Assembly: GCA_028023455.1 (NCBI GenBank)
Contig: JAQFVV010000001.1
Location: 1,612,001-1,676,000 of the forward strand
Reading direction: 5' to 3'
DNA from: Epiperipatus broadwayi
Lineage: Eukaryota; Animalia; Onychophora
Length of the DNA stretch: 64,000 nucleotides
Positions 24,901 through 39,480 of this stretch are shown in pieces; position 1 is the stretch's first letter, and each line of letters begins with the position of its first letter. The notes under the pieces were generated by a model. That model was not told the origin of the DNA. It did not search any database and saw only the letters and a program-made list of their open reading frames with translations. The position numbers and the translations under genes were made by a program.

Positions 24901-27900
24901 TGTTTGATTCTTTGTGCTTGTGTTGTTGATTGCTTCATCCTTCTTGCTATTGAACATGTTATTATCTATGTCTCTAACTAAATGCTTTATTACATTATTA
25001 TATTCTTGTTAATTGATCCCTACTATTATTTTTATTTATGCTTTCTTTTGGATTTATTATATTCTGTTTTCAAATTAGACCATCAATCTCAACTTTTCCC
25101 ATGCAATTCTCTCCAGTATTATGTAATATATCTGCATTTATTATTATTTTCTTTCTAATTATTCTGACATATATCAAGCTTTCTTCTGCCTATGTGGAGT
25201 CAAACTATAACTGTATTACAATGTTGGTCTATATCTTAAATTCTTGATGTTTATTTCCCATTCCAAACACTTTAATTCAATTTAGACATGCACATATTGC
25301 ATGCAATATAAAACATTATCTTCCACTATGTGTTCAACTTATTCATGGCCTAATGTTTGATACAACATATAATTCTAGAGATGGGGTGAAGCAGAAATAA
25401 GAAGATATTTCAAGCCACATATTGGTTGCACCAAATGTATCAGTTTTATCTATAATTATACATTTCTTACAATGCCTGTGACAGTAAAATGAAATGGTTC
25501 AGATTAAGTGTAATAAACACTGTAATGATAATGATCAAAATGATATTTGCACTCAGAAGATTAAATTCAGTCTAATTACTCCAAAAGCATTTATATTTCT
25601 TTTTTTAGGTTCTATTTAAATTAACATTAAACACTACTTTCTTTATAGAAAGAATATTTCCAGATGAATTATTATTTCGATGTATGTTTCTTATCCCAGA
25701 AATATCCCCCAGAAGATTGCATGACTTCTTAGATTTAGTGATATATTAATTGCATATGTTTGGAAAGAATTTGGGAGCAGCAAAATAACTAAATTTGATA
25801 ACAAAATAACAATACATTTATAATAATCATAAAATAAAATAAAAATATTGCTTATTTATTCTCAATTATTTTAAAATCATAAAATAAATACAAAACATTG
25901 AAATTAAAAAATATTCCTAAACATTAAATTTAAATATAGTTATAAATATACATAAGCCATACTAATATTAATTCTAATGTCTTATATTCAAATATAAAAG
26001 AACAATTTTATATAAAAAATATTTTTACCATGATTTTTGTTATTGCTATAATCTTACATTCTACCTAGTGTGCTAATCTTTAATAATAGTCCTTTAATGT
26101 TCTTAGATATCAATGACTGTAGACCAAGGAAATGAATGTTACTATAGGCAAGTGCATAATAGATCTCACAGCAGAATCATCTTCTTTTCTTATAACATGA
26201 TTTTCTTCTTGTAATCAGGCAAAGTTGTATTCTATGCACAAACAATATTCATATCTAAATAAAACTACATAGTTGTAGGTGTCTGAGTGGTTTTTCTTCA
26301 GTTCTTTAGCCACACATGACAAGTTGTTTTCTGGTAGAAAATATTGTCATAATTGCTATTAGACATAGTATGAAGAATACTTCTTAAACAGTCAGCAATG
26401 TAAAGCTATTCTAATCTGTAGAAAAACTATTTTAATTAATAGTCTCCCTTTTCAACTAAAGATAAAATTACATCACCTGCTGCATACTTATTCTTTGGCT
26501 GGTTGTAATCTTTCATCTTTTCTGATATCTTGCTGCTAACAACTGCTCTATTTCTCTTGGCATTTTCTCTCTTCTCTTCTGAAATCAGTCTGCACTGTTT
26601 TCTCTGATTCAAGACTAAAAATTACTGTTGTTCTCAGACTTATTTATAATTTTGTCTTATAGCAATGGCACCATATCCCATTATTTTCAGCTTTTGGATA
26701 TATTCTCCCACACTGGACAAACTAATTGATCCTGGATTAATTTACATTGGAACAATTCCCAAAACATCTTTATCTCGATTTTAAATACAATATTTTAATT
26801 ACAAAAAAAAAAACATGTTTCGTTCACATTCAGATTTTAATAATAGTTGTTTTCTAAATAATTATAAAATATCTTTTATTTATGGAGAGTGGGAAAAAAA
26901 ATAGAAAAAGAAAAAAATTATGACTGCACTGCAACATTCTTTTTCTAGGCTTTACATTAATCTATAAAACACCTTACTTTTTTTTAAATCCATATAACTA
27001 TATGCTTTGCATATATGTCTAACATATGCAGATATATATTGCAACCTATAAAATTACAAATCGATTTATATTATTTTATTATCTGTCTTTAATGTGACAA
27101 GTCAGCTTCATAATGCAAATGATGGTATTTACAATCAATTTGTATTGTTACAATATATAAATATATATGATCACATGGTTTTATTGCATAAATTACTTAA
27201 TGCATTATTAGACAGACAGTATTTTAAAACATATTGCAGGTCATTATTTGGATAAATAGAACAATATCTCTTATATTTTAATTAAAATAAAAAAAGCATC
27301 AGGACTAAAAATTTCCTTAAATATTATGTGTCCCCAGAACTAGTTTGGTTAGAATAAAAAATTCAGATAAAGGGCCATCGTATGAAGGTGTGCCAGTTGA
27401 GCAGGGCACAAAGGCATTTATCTACTGGGGCATCAAGACACCAAAGTAATAAATAAAATTTATATGCAAATAAAATTGTTTACATTTTCAAATCATTTCA
27501 TTGTTAGAAATATGTTCTGAAATATAAATGTTTTTTATTTAAATATAAATGAATACTTTTTGACTTAAACTTATTTGTGACAATTATCCAGGCTTCAAGT
27601 TTCTAGGCACGAGCTCAAAATTTACTACATATATACTCTTATCATTATGCCAAACCAAATGGATCGATGCCATTTTGTTTTGATAATTAATAAAAATTAT
27701 ACAAAAATGTTTAGATTTCTGAATCCCTTTATTCCTAGAAACACATTTTGATCATAAATATTTATTATTTAAATTATAAAAGAAAAAAATTTCTTTATTT
27801 AAACTTATTGTGGCAGTTACTCTAGCCTCAAAGTATATTTCATGTATACTGTGCCATTGCACAAAACTGAACAAGCTGATGCCCTTTCATCATTATAATT

Positions 27901-30900
27901 AATAAATTTATATGTACATTGTAATATATGTCTTGTTTTATAAGCAATCAAACTTTGCATGTTATTTCAATACATATGCTTACAATAAAAACTAACAGAA
28001 ATATGTAACAAAAAAAGAAATACAATAAAATAACTAAATGTTGAAATATAAAAAATAAATTTAAGTTTATGATTAGATTATGGCTTTTTTTCCTAAATCT
28101 TGATGAATAATGATGCCAAAATTCACTGATAAATCTTGATTTTAATTGCAATTATTCTTTGGGAGTACAAAAGATAGTCAATTTATTTGATTATATGATT
28201 TAGAAACTATGAATTTAGCTTTAGATCTGAAATATATGACTTTTAATCAGTAGTTTATATATGCCAATAAACATCACATGATCATCATTTCTTATGCTTG
28301 CTATGCAAAGCACTTTGGTTAGTGATATTATTTGAAAATGTGAAATTTTCATAATTGTTCGCAATTTCCAGTTTTTATATTTACAATAACCATGAAGTGT
28401 AAGGTCTTCTATTGCCAATAATTTTTCCATTATAAAGAATTTACAGACTTTCAGTTCCAATTTTTTTAAAAAGTAAAACTATGATGAGTTGCTTGAATGA
28501 TATTTACATATATATGCTTTTGGAGGAAGAATAATTGGTCACATTCATTCATTCTAATGACAATAAATTCAGATTCCAGCATATCTGATAAAATATAAAA
28601 TAATATTAAATTGTAAGATCTGACAAAATAGAAAGGTTTTATGTATTTATAACAAGAATTCTGTTCTAAATAAGAAAGGAAGAAAAATCAAATTCACTCT
28701 AAAAAAAGATCAGATTTAATAACCAATAGTTAAACTTTTAATGACTTGAGAAAAAATGTTTCAAATGTTCTATATTTGTAGCAATACATAACTTTGTATT
28801 TATTTAACTTTATATAATTCTTTATGTAATGAATGTATATTTTGCCATATATGGCTGTCACTTTAGTATTAATTATTTTATTTGTTGAATTAATGTTGAT
28901 TTTTTTTTATTAAAAATGTTTGATGAGATTTCATAAATGTGTGTGCACATTTATTCTTTACGATTTATATTCATTTACATAGTAATGAAAACTTTGGTAT
29001 GTAATATAAATAAATAATTATTATTTAGGTATTACATTTTTCCTGTCAAAAATGAAGTACAAATATCTTAATTCACATTATTTTAAAATCTCATGGAATT
29101 ATTACTATTATTACTTATAATCCCCCCCCCCCAATTCATTATCAGTCTAATTATATTGATATTTGTTATTTAATGATCTCATGAAACTAAATTCAGTAGT
29201 CATTGCATTGAATCTATTTCAATTTATCAGTTCACCTCTTTTATCAATGTACTTGAATAGAAATTAATCAGACATGAGAAAGAGAGAACAACAGATGGAA
29301 TCAAACAAGAGATAATGGATAATGTAAATTCTACCATTTTTGTTTACAAAATAAACAAATTAATTATCTCTAAGCATATTATTTGCATTGTTATATTACA
29401 TGGTGTCATTATGAGATTTGTTTTGTTTTAACACAGTGACATAAAGATAACAAGTGCAAGTTGTATTTAGTTTGATATAAATATTCTATCTGAATGCTAA
29501 ACTTTAATAAGAAATTGAAATTTTTTTATCCTTGTTTACACAATGAAATGTTCACTTTGTTGAGCAATACTGTATCTGTGTTTGGATTCAAAATAGAGAT
29601 CACACCAACCTGTCCTATCATTTCATACTTAAGTTGATATTTACACTGTATAATTAATTAAACTTTTTCAAATGCTTCATCTGCTATATTCCACCTTCTC
29701 AAGAATAGATACATGCTACTTATAGCTTTAATCATATCTTCAGTTGAACAAAAAAGTCTAATTTAAAATAAATACTAAAGCAAGATTTTGTTTAGATAAG
29801 TTATTTCCTTAGACTTTATAATCAATTATAATGGTAGTGAGAAACATATTAATTAAAAAATATAAAGAAAACATATTTTAAGACTCTTAATGATATTTTG
29901 ATTTTTATTATTAGATTCTCACGAATGCTGTCAGACTGGTTTTCTTTTTTATTTAGAAACGTTATTACAATTATTCAAAGTATGTGCAATTTATATAGTT
30001 TTAATTTTGAAAATATTTATTAGAAAGCATCAAACGTCTTATAATGTCGATGCATTGTATAAGCATACACTTTCTATAAATAGTATGTATAATTGGAGCT
30101 AAAATAGAAAATTTTATGTCTACATATCTAATATTGTTGTTGACTGTCTTGTTCTAATGCATATAAATCATGTAATTTTTATATAGTGACTAAAATACAT
30201 TTTACAAACATTCAAAAAATTCTTGTCATTAACATTTTCTCTAGTCTTAAATAGAACTGAATATTAATTAAACCTTTTTTGTTCTTGGTTTTTCAATAAT
30301 TTTGTTCTTAATAATTGGTTGGATATTATTTTCTTTTTCATCATCCATTCATGCTGAGAGTGAAGATATGTCTAGAGTCATCCATATTTTTTATTTTAGA
30401 TATGTCTAGAGTCATCCATATTTTTTATTTTAGTCATAGTATAAATATATTTTTAACTTATTGATAAACTTGAGATGAAATTTTTACTATGCATTTCCTT
30501 GTGTATTCACAATATACAGCTTATTTCATAAATAGATCTAATCATTTGTATTTCCAAAACACCCACTTGAACATTTATTAATTCCAGAATGATACTTCCA
30601 CATGTTTACATCATGACTATTATCCAAATATTAATATTTTTTTACATATTTATATGTTAAAGGTGCTCTATTTACACACATGCAATCATATTTCTAGTTA
30701 TGAAAACCTTCATTAATATAAATGAATAAACTTGGAGCATATGTATATATGCTTAATGAGGTTTTAATAAGAATGGCTATGATTATGATGGTTGACAATA
30801 ATAATGCATTAAACTAAATAAAACGAGACTGTTTCTTATTTTATACCTTGTAAAGCATATCTATATATGTGTGCTCCAAGTTTATTTTAATCATAATAAT

Positions 30901-32034
30901 AAGTATTATAGAAGCATTTGTTATCAAATTTCAGGCATTTAATGCTGACACCTTTTTAGGCAAAGTTTTGTCTGTGCACGTATATAAACCACTTTTAAAA
31001 ATATTCTCACTTTACTTCATATTTTATTAGTATTGGTAAATTTATAAGTGATAATAATTTATAGTCTGTCATAGTTTTAATTTTTTTTTATTTAAATAAC
31101 TTTTAAGGTTAAACATTCTTAAAGTAAATTTTCTAATGAAGATAAAGAAATTTAATTAGAAATACATTCAACAAGGGTGTTATTTAAATAGGATCGTAAT
31201 TATTTTATGCTTCTTTGAAAATCAACTTTATTATCAAAATAACATATGTTCAATTAAAATAAATCAACTTGATAAAATAGAAACATATTGTAAGGATTGA
31301 CATCATCCTCAAACAACCATCATTCATTCATTTTTGCTATTTAAAATAAACTTTATTTCTAAAATCATACTTTAATAACTATTATTTTATTTCACTTTTA
31401 AAGACATTTTTTTTCCTTTCGACAATTCTCATGGCATATCATTTATGTTTTATAAAATTTGTTTAAGAATACAATAAATTAATTTCACCTATATACTTCA
31501 CTGGCAAACATGTTTTAGTGTGATTTCACTTTTCTTTTATCTATTTTAAACAAATAATTTAATAACAAACTATTTTTTTTTCATTTATCCTTTAAAATAT
31601 TTCCATTTACATTTAATTTAGCAGTTCCACAAATTAATCTCTTATGTTTATTTAAAAAGACCAGAATTAATTATATAAACATTATAATAGGTAAATAATT
31701 TTAAAATGATACCTAAAACCAGTATTTTTATTTGCCATTTCAGATTTTAACATAGAAAAAGTCTAAATATTTTTACTACTTGGTAGATAATGGTAAATTT
31801 ATTCCTCTTTAATCTCAAAAGTGTTAGTTTCAGTGAATGAAAATAACTTAAATTTGATTTTTCTATATATATGTCTTCCTTTTATTAAGAATAAAAATTT
31901 TATAATTCATTGGAACAAATTATTTCAAGTACAGGAATAAAAATTTCAAAATATTTTTACTGTTTTATTTAATGACATATTATAATTAGCTTATAAATCA
32001 GTGTAATATCTATACATAATGAATTCCAAATACA

Positions 32035-32185
32035 ATACAAATACTTAGTATTTTCCTGAAGGTTTGTGATGATGGTGTTCTAGTTGTATTTTTATATTGG
32101 ACTATTTCCATCATCTAATATGTGTATTGAATGTCTTTAGAAAAATTTAACTTTATTTATATATTCCCAATACATTCAACTGTTA
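32035..32185 (-). mobile_element. Fragment of the same PLE pseudo-LTR as 830-975 (mirror at ~51630-51775, +)
   Basis: aacaccatcatcac(g/a)aaccttcaggaaaa and gaatgtatt.ggaatat.taaataaag are shared with 830-975. Confidence 0.75.
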
Positions 32186-34559
32186 TACTTTCCTATTTTG
32201 AGAGGTTTTAATATATTTGAGCCAAACAAGTCAGGTGAAAATCTTTTGAAAATTTATCTAGGAATATCATTTTATTCTTAAACCACTTTTATTTATCATT
32301 TGTATAAACAAATGAAGATAATAGAGTCAAATTGTTTTAAGAGATATTTGGTGATAGAAATGCAATAATCATTTTATGTTTCAATAAAAACTTTTTTTAG
32401 ACTGACTCATATTTTTAATCACATACTTTTTTTTATCTATTCATTGTCTAATTTTCACATTCTCTATTTATCTTTCCCCTTTTTATAAGCAGAACTATTT
32501 TTACCACAACTATAAAATAATGTATATGTAACTAAGTGAGAGGTCTCAAGAAATTTTGATTGAAAGGGTTTTAAAATGTGTTTTATAACTTAAAAAATGT
32601 TTTAAAACAGTGACATATGTATGCACACATATACATTTAAAATAATACAACTTAAACATTATTATTAGTGTTATTAAATAATAATTAAATTTAAAAATTT
32701 GTTTATTTTTGAAAATTAACCTGATATTTATTTTAAATATTTAATATTTTTCCTCTGATTTTATTTAATTTTAAATTGAATTCAAATTAAATTTAAACAA
32801 ATGTCATTACTCAATTCTTTTAGGATTATAGAAAAAAAAATGTAGGTTACCAAAATATTAAAATTTAAATTAAAATATTTTTTTTCTTTTTCAATTATAC
32901 CTTTTAAAACATAATGTATTTCGATATATAGCTTGGCCAGATTAAGCTCTATCATCTCTTATTCTCTTTAAATATAACAGATTACCAAATTTTCAATTAA
33001 TAAAATCTAATGTTTAAAAAAATAAAAATTGAGTAGAGAAAATTTATATAAAATTCAGATAATTTCAAATAAATATTTCAATTCCATTTAAAAAATGTTT
33101 ATGAAAAGTACATCTAAAAATATAATTAGAGGTCAAGTCAAAATTATATCTTTGTAACTTACGCAATTTTGTTAAATACTTGACAAGCTACAGGCATTTA
33201 TTTAAGCATGGATATTTTCACATAAGTTATGAAAAATTTAATTTTTCTTTAGTCTATATTATTAGTTGCTGAGATTGTCAATAGCTTAAGAATTGTTATT
33301 ATCATTTAATTTATAAACCTATTAAAGCCTTGAATAATTGGCTTTATTGTCTTAGTAAATTATTAGTTGTATATGTTTTATATAAAAGGGAATGGGGAAC
33401 TACTATTCATGGTGCAGTATATTTAGATCTATTCAATACTAATGAAGTAATAGCTTTACAAGTATTCGAAGAAATGTTTTGAATCTTTAATTAATACACT
33501 AATTATAGTATAAGTTTCCTACTAAGGAAGTTAAGAATGACTGAATAAATAAACAGAAAATCTCTCCTGGAAACTTGCTTTAGAATGTTAATGCATATCT
33601 GCATCTATAAAATGATATCAGAAGCCATAAAAAAAAAAAAAAACTATAGTCAGAAGTAATTAAATAGTGAAATAATGACATTAGCCATAAAAACCTATAG
33701 CTAGAATCAAAATGTAAAAAAAAAAAAAAACTAGTCAAAGTTATTTAAATGTAAATTGCTTATTTGACACACTAAGTGATCAATAATGTAAACTAGAAAT
33801 ATTTGAAAAATTTCTTGGCAAAATAATATCGCCCAAGCAAACAGCCCATGTTTTGTCATAATTCATCAAAGCTGTGGTTTTAGTTAGAAAAAAATTAGTC
33901 AATAAAATATACAACTTAATATAGCATGTTTACCAAAATAAATTAATAATACCATAACATCAAAGCTACAATACATAATAAACATTTTTGTAAAAAATTT
34001 CCAAATCATTATAATCCAAGATTTACTCCAAGAAAATAAACTATAGGTGATTTTTTGAACTTAAATTTAGGCTGATAAAAGTTTTTCTCTCTTGAATAAT
34101 TTCACAAATAATTTATATATTTTTTATGCTTTGTTTAGAATATATATTAAATATTTTATTATAAGTTTTTTTTTTATGTATTATAATGTAACAAGAAGTG
34201 ATGTATATTTGAAATGGGCATTATTAATGTATAAAAAAAGAACATCGAAAGACAGTAATTTGTATCTTTTTTTTTCTCTCTTTCTTGTTAAACAATTATA
34301 TTTAAATATGCATTCTCTCTTAATTTTTATTAAAAATGAAAACAAATATAGATTACATATATATAAATAAATAGATAGATAAATGGTGAAAGAAAAGTAT
34401 TCACAAACATATTAACAGGCAAAATTTTGATTTAGTGTTTAAAAGTAATATAATAATATAAAAATGTAGAATAGGTAGCTATTATATTTTAGTATTTATA
34501 AATTTCAATCAAAATGCTTAATAATTTAATGATAAAAATAGAAAATTAAAAGTTTATAA

Positions 34560-34990
34560 AAAACTAAGACCTTTTAAAACTAATTTGTATACATAACAAA
34601 TATATACTATCCAGATATGAAAACCTACATCAGTGTAAGATCAGAGAAGCTATTGAGATACTAAAAAGATCTAACTGTATCAACAAATGCAATGACACAT
34701 GTAAATTTCCTTCTATTTGGAAATTTTTTTGAAAAATAATTTACTCTGAAGATTCTGAATTTTTTTATTTGTTGTTTATTAATTTTTATTTATTTTTCAA
34801 TTTGTTCAATTTTATACACTTGTCTTTTCTAGTTGTGAAACTTTAATAATTATTGTAAACACTATTTGCAGCATCTCTACAACTATCTTTATAGACACTA
34901 TTTACAGCACCTTTACAGTTATAGAGTATTCATTTCTAGTTGAGGGCTTGTGTGATCAAGTCAAAACGTTGGAATATCTAATAAAAATCT
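34560..34990 (+). mobile_element. Another PLE 3' fragment (GIY-YIG C-terminus plus degenerate HHR); mirror at ~48820-49250
   Basis: ENLHQCKIREAIEILKRSNCINK...FPSIWKFF, then TTGAGGG-CTTG-tgtgat-CAAGTC-AAAACGTT-GGAA at ~34940-34974 (a decayed CTGANGA/stem II/GAAACGTT). Confidence 0.6.
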
Positions 34991-35559
34991 TACATGGATG
35001 TACCCACAAAATACGATTTTTATATGTTGAACCAGGTAGGAGATAGTTCGAATAAAAAAAAATATTCTATAATTTTTTTTACTTTAATAAAAACAAATTG
35101 TGAAAAACATTGTTGACTTCTTTTGTATATAAAATATGACAAATTATTTATTATAAATTCGATCTATTCCAGCTGCAATTTAGTATTGCATCACACCGGC
35201 CCCTCAGGCAGAGAAAAATACCCAGAGGGTACCTATAGCCAGACTGAAATTATACAAGGTATAATTTAGTCACATTTCTAAGCTGCAGGACTTCTCCTGC
35301 TGCTGAATTCAAACCCTGTCATTCAAAGCACTTTGTTTTGCAGTAAACTTTGTAGGCCAGTTAATTACAAGAAGTAACTAACATGCTCTGTATGACAGCC
35401 ATCAACTCAGCAGCTGAATATCCCAACTAACTCAATCAAAAAAATATATATAATAAATTGCTTTAATTAGTGGTATTAGTAAAAGAATTGACTGACAAAA
35501 TTTATTTAAAACTTTAAATTAACTTAAGACCCAATTTACCATCTCTTCCCTAAATAAAA

Positions 35560-36120
35560 CAATAATTACGTATTATATATCAGGCACACATATTATAAAT
35601 TCACATACAGCATTAAAAATATTATATATGCCAAACACACATTTTATCATACGCTATTTTTTTGTACGATTCGGAAAGTTCTAGAAATATTTTTGCTGAT
35701 TATACTAACTCTGCATATAAAGTTCTTTTATGCTAGTTAAGAGTTCAGTTCTGTTAATTCTGAATATTTCAAAGATTGAAATGGCTACAATAATAAATTA
35801 CTGACACGATAGGAATGGGAATAAAGAATAATTAATATTACCTATAGGTTTTCATATACATGATCCTGGATAGACGGCTGCTTCTTTCTCCTGTGTGATG
35901 CGTGTTGTATCAACCGGTTGGAATTTGGATAGCTGACGAAAGTTATTCCTTGCTGCATTTCAGTCCGGCAGACATATGTTCGAATAGCCCAGGTTGTTAT
36001 ATGTTCATTGTGTCTAGTTATAGACCTTCAGATATTCTACGGTGATCAAAGATTGGAGTACAGTGGCATACTTTGACTTCTGATTAGCAACGCATGTTTT
36101 CTTGGAGTTCACAAAAAATA
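35560..36120 (-). promoter_or_regulatory. CpG-enriched island, candidate promoter/5' exon (mirror at ~47690-48245, +)
   Basis: About a dozen CpGs in ~550 bp against a CpG-poor background; AG|GTAATA donor-like site at 47967/47968 (mirror 35842). There is no direct evidence of transcription. Confidence 0.3.
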
Positions 36121-37989
36121 ATTTTATTTTTACAAACTGGAATAAGCTAAAAGATCTGATCTGCTGCTGACAAAGTTTTTTTTTACAAACAAATTTTATT
36201 TTAAATTTTGCATATTTATTTAGTTTTTACTTTATAAAAGCTCTTTTTTTTAAAAAGAGAGAAAAAATTTTAACCTTTCTTTAGTTCTATCATAAACATT
36301 TCCCCCCCCCCCTCTCACTAAGAAGTTTTATTCTAAGAGAAAACTATGATGTAGTTTATTTTTTTAAAAAATCTTTAAATTAAGCCACTTATAATTTATT
36401 TTTATCTTAATTTTTTAATAAAAATTACAGACATGTAATAACAGTGCAATATATATGTGTGTGTGAATAGAAAAAAAATTATCAGAATAAAGTTATTTTT
36501 AATTTAATAAAATGAGCTATAAATAAATGTAATACTATGATAAAAATGTTTTATTAATAACAAGATTAGAATATAAAATGCAAAATTGAAGTAATTAAAT
36601 TTACTCATTATTGATTAGATACTCATCAGTGGTAGTGACTGTTCATTTTGTTCACTTCTGGTATATTATGAAGTAATAATCACTTCATCAATCTGATTTT
36701 CTCCTGGTCAAGTTTTTTTTTTTATAAATATGAATTTATATGGTTTGCATGGAGATGTCAAGTCTCCTCAAGAAAGCAAAAAATTCTTAATTCACAAACT
36801 CCCAGCATAATGCAATTGAAATATTTTACATGATGCTTGTAAAAAAAAAAAGTTATTTAATTTAAAATTTTATTTTTATATTTAAACATTTTAATGGTAA
36901 TTTTATTAATTAAATAATATTTATTTAATTTTATGTGCATTAATGTTTTCAGAATTTAAAACAACCCATATAGCATATGAAAAAACCTAATAAAGTGGAG
37001 ATTCAGACTTCTAACTTTTTAATATAAAAACTTAACATATTCTAAAATTATTTCAGTTTTTAAAATATATTTAATAACTTTTAAAATATTGTAGAAAATA
37101 ATTTAATTTTTTTACAAATTAAATTCAACTGAAGGTTAAATATATACAATTTACAAATTAAATTCAATTGAAAGTTAAATATATACAAGATTAAAACTAA
37201 CATTTTAAGTCTTATTTTAATTATGTTTGATCTGCTTTGTAGGGTGATAGTCATTATATATAATTTATTATTATATGAAAATTAAGTTGATATTTATTAC
37301 AATATGAATAATACCCAACTAAATGATGAATACATTGTCATTATTTTTCCATCTTATAATGGTTAAGGAATGGTGTAATCAAAATTTTTAGTATATTGCA
37401 TACCATTAAGTGGGCCAGAATGAGAATACATCCTTAAAAATGTTAAGAAAATAAGAGAAGTTATACTTCAATGAGATAAAAAGAAATATTGAGTGCCATG
37501 CATTGTATATAATCTGCCCAGAACAGTTCAACTCAGTAGCTAATTTATTTAGAATCTGTAGATATGAGATATTCAGTCATTTCATATTAGTTTAATAGGA
37601 ATCAATTGTGAATAGAAAGTTTAAAAATCAGTGATAACATATTTAGAAAGTGAGTAGGCACTAGATGGGGATTATATGCATAAGGCTTCTGGCATCCATT
37701 GATTACTCTGGCTTGCACTGAGTGGCAATACGTATAGAGAGTTTTGCCTATTTTAATATTTAGAAAGTGATAGAGTAAAAAATTTGAAGTTATAATTGAA
37801 CTACATATATTCCTTAAAACAGACAAAACTCACTATATATATTGCCATACACAGCAAGCTGGAGTAATCAATTCTTTAAGTAGTCTGAAATTCATTAATG
37901 ATAAATGAGAACATTTTAAATATATTGAGGGATGTTATTATTTGTTCATTTAATTCAGTTAATGAAGTTTAAATTGCCACTAGTTATTT

Positions 37990-39480
37990 TGATTACCATT
38001 ATATTTCCTTGATAAAAACAAGCACAAAATACTGTATTAAAAATATATATAGTTGATGACAATTAAGTAAAAGCAATCCATAATAATGAAAATACAGGTA
38101 TAAGACCAAATGCAAATCCATAAAAGAAACCCATTCATAGCACAGCAAGTGTATTAAATAAAAGTACATGTATTTTAAATGAAAGCAATCCACAACAAAT
38201 AAAATGCAAGTAACCCCCCTCCCACAAAGCATATATTTCTTACATTATAGACAATCTAAATTTCATGGTTCTTATGAAGTAAGCATGATAGTCTAGTGTT
38301 TTAAGTTAATGTTATAGTACCATTCTGTAGTGAAGTGTGAAATTTTTGCTGATTGCAATTTAAGAAATGTATGCTTTGGCCTGTGCTCATTTTTTGATAT
38401 GCATATCTTTCATTATTTTCCTAAATGCATCACGTTTTGGCTCATATGTGCATTTTATTTGTTATGAATTGCTTAATTTGAAATATCTGATGCTTTTATT
38501 TAATACACTTGCTGCTATGCTATGAATTGGTTTATTTAAGAATTTCATTTCTTATGGATTTATATTTGGTCAGTCATCTGGAATTTATGGACTGCTCTTA
38601 GCTAAAACACCTATTGCCATTGAATACCATTAGTTTTTTTATTTATACATATTTTGTGCTTCCTTTTATTTAATACACTTGCTGCTGAGTTTTGAACTTC
38701 ATTATTTTTATGGAATTACATTTTTGCATATATTTTATTTATTGTAATTATAAATAATCATACTTTAATGATAAGTAATTGAAATGGAATTAGAATTTCC
38801 AATGAGCTATGTATAAACTAATAATCAAATGTCAATAAATTAGAAAAAGAACAGAATACTAATTTATTCTTGTTGTATTTAAATATTATTGAAGGTGTGA
38901 TAAAGCAGAGAGTGAACTCAGTATATTAGTTTGATTTATGTAGAGGATAAGTGATCTGAAACAGCAGTGCCTTATTTTTAACAACTTCCAAATTAAATGT
39001 CAGTTTAATAAATGTAAATAATCCTAACTTAACAATATAAAATTGAACAAAGCTTAAGGAATAAATTGATATCATTTTGTTCTTTTCTTAATTTAATGAC
39101 ATTTGACTATTAGTTTGTACATAGCTCATTGGGAGTTGCAGTTATTTCCATTTCAATTTCATATCATTAAACTATGATTATAGTTACATTTATTAAATAG
39201 ATGTTTCATTTAGGGTTTATTAAAAATAACACACTGCCTTGATTCTCTTATTAGTTAAATAGTGATTTCACATTATTTATGTTATACATAAATCAAATTT
39301 ACAGATTTCCTCTCTGATTTATAACATCAATAAATGAATGCCTGAATACCATTAAAGCTAAAAGATTAGATTGGTATCATTTTGTTCTTTTCTTAATTTA
39401 CTGACATTTTACTATTATTTTATACATAGCTCATTGGGAATTGCAATTACTTCCATTTCAATTTTATTTATTAATATAAT
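37990..39480. repeat. Complex foldback region with internal sub-repeats (mirror at ~44340-45830)
   Basis: cagcaagtgtattaaataaaa (~38140) is inverted at ~38495 and ~38665. aatgagctatgtataaa (~38800) is inverted at ~39115 and ~39420. Confidence 0.7.

Noticed and set aside
26100-26760. Possible DNA-transposase remnant (mirror ~57100-57780; VQTDF..., FYQKTTCHV)
   Set aside because: Only vague motif resemblance with many stops; not supportable without a profile search.
34092-34370. 92-aa ORF present twice (also 49441-49719), and similar mirrored ORFs at 37999-38232/45597-45824 and 28221-28460/55431-55655
   Set aside because: Low-complexity F/I/Y/L/K-rich translations typical of AT-rich non-coding DNA; the duplication reflects the palindrome, not conservation.
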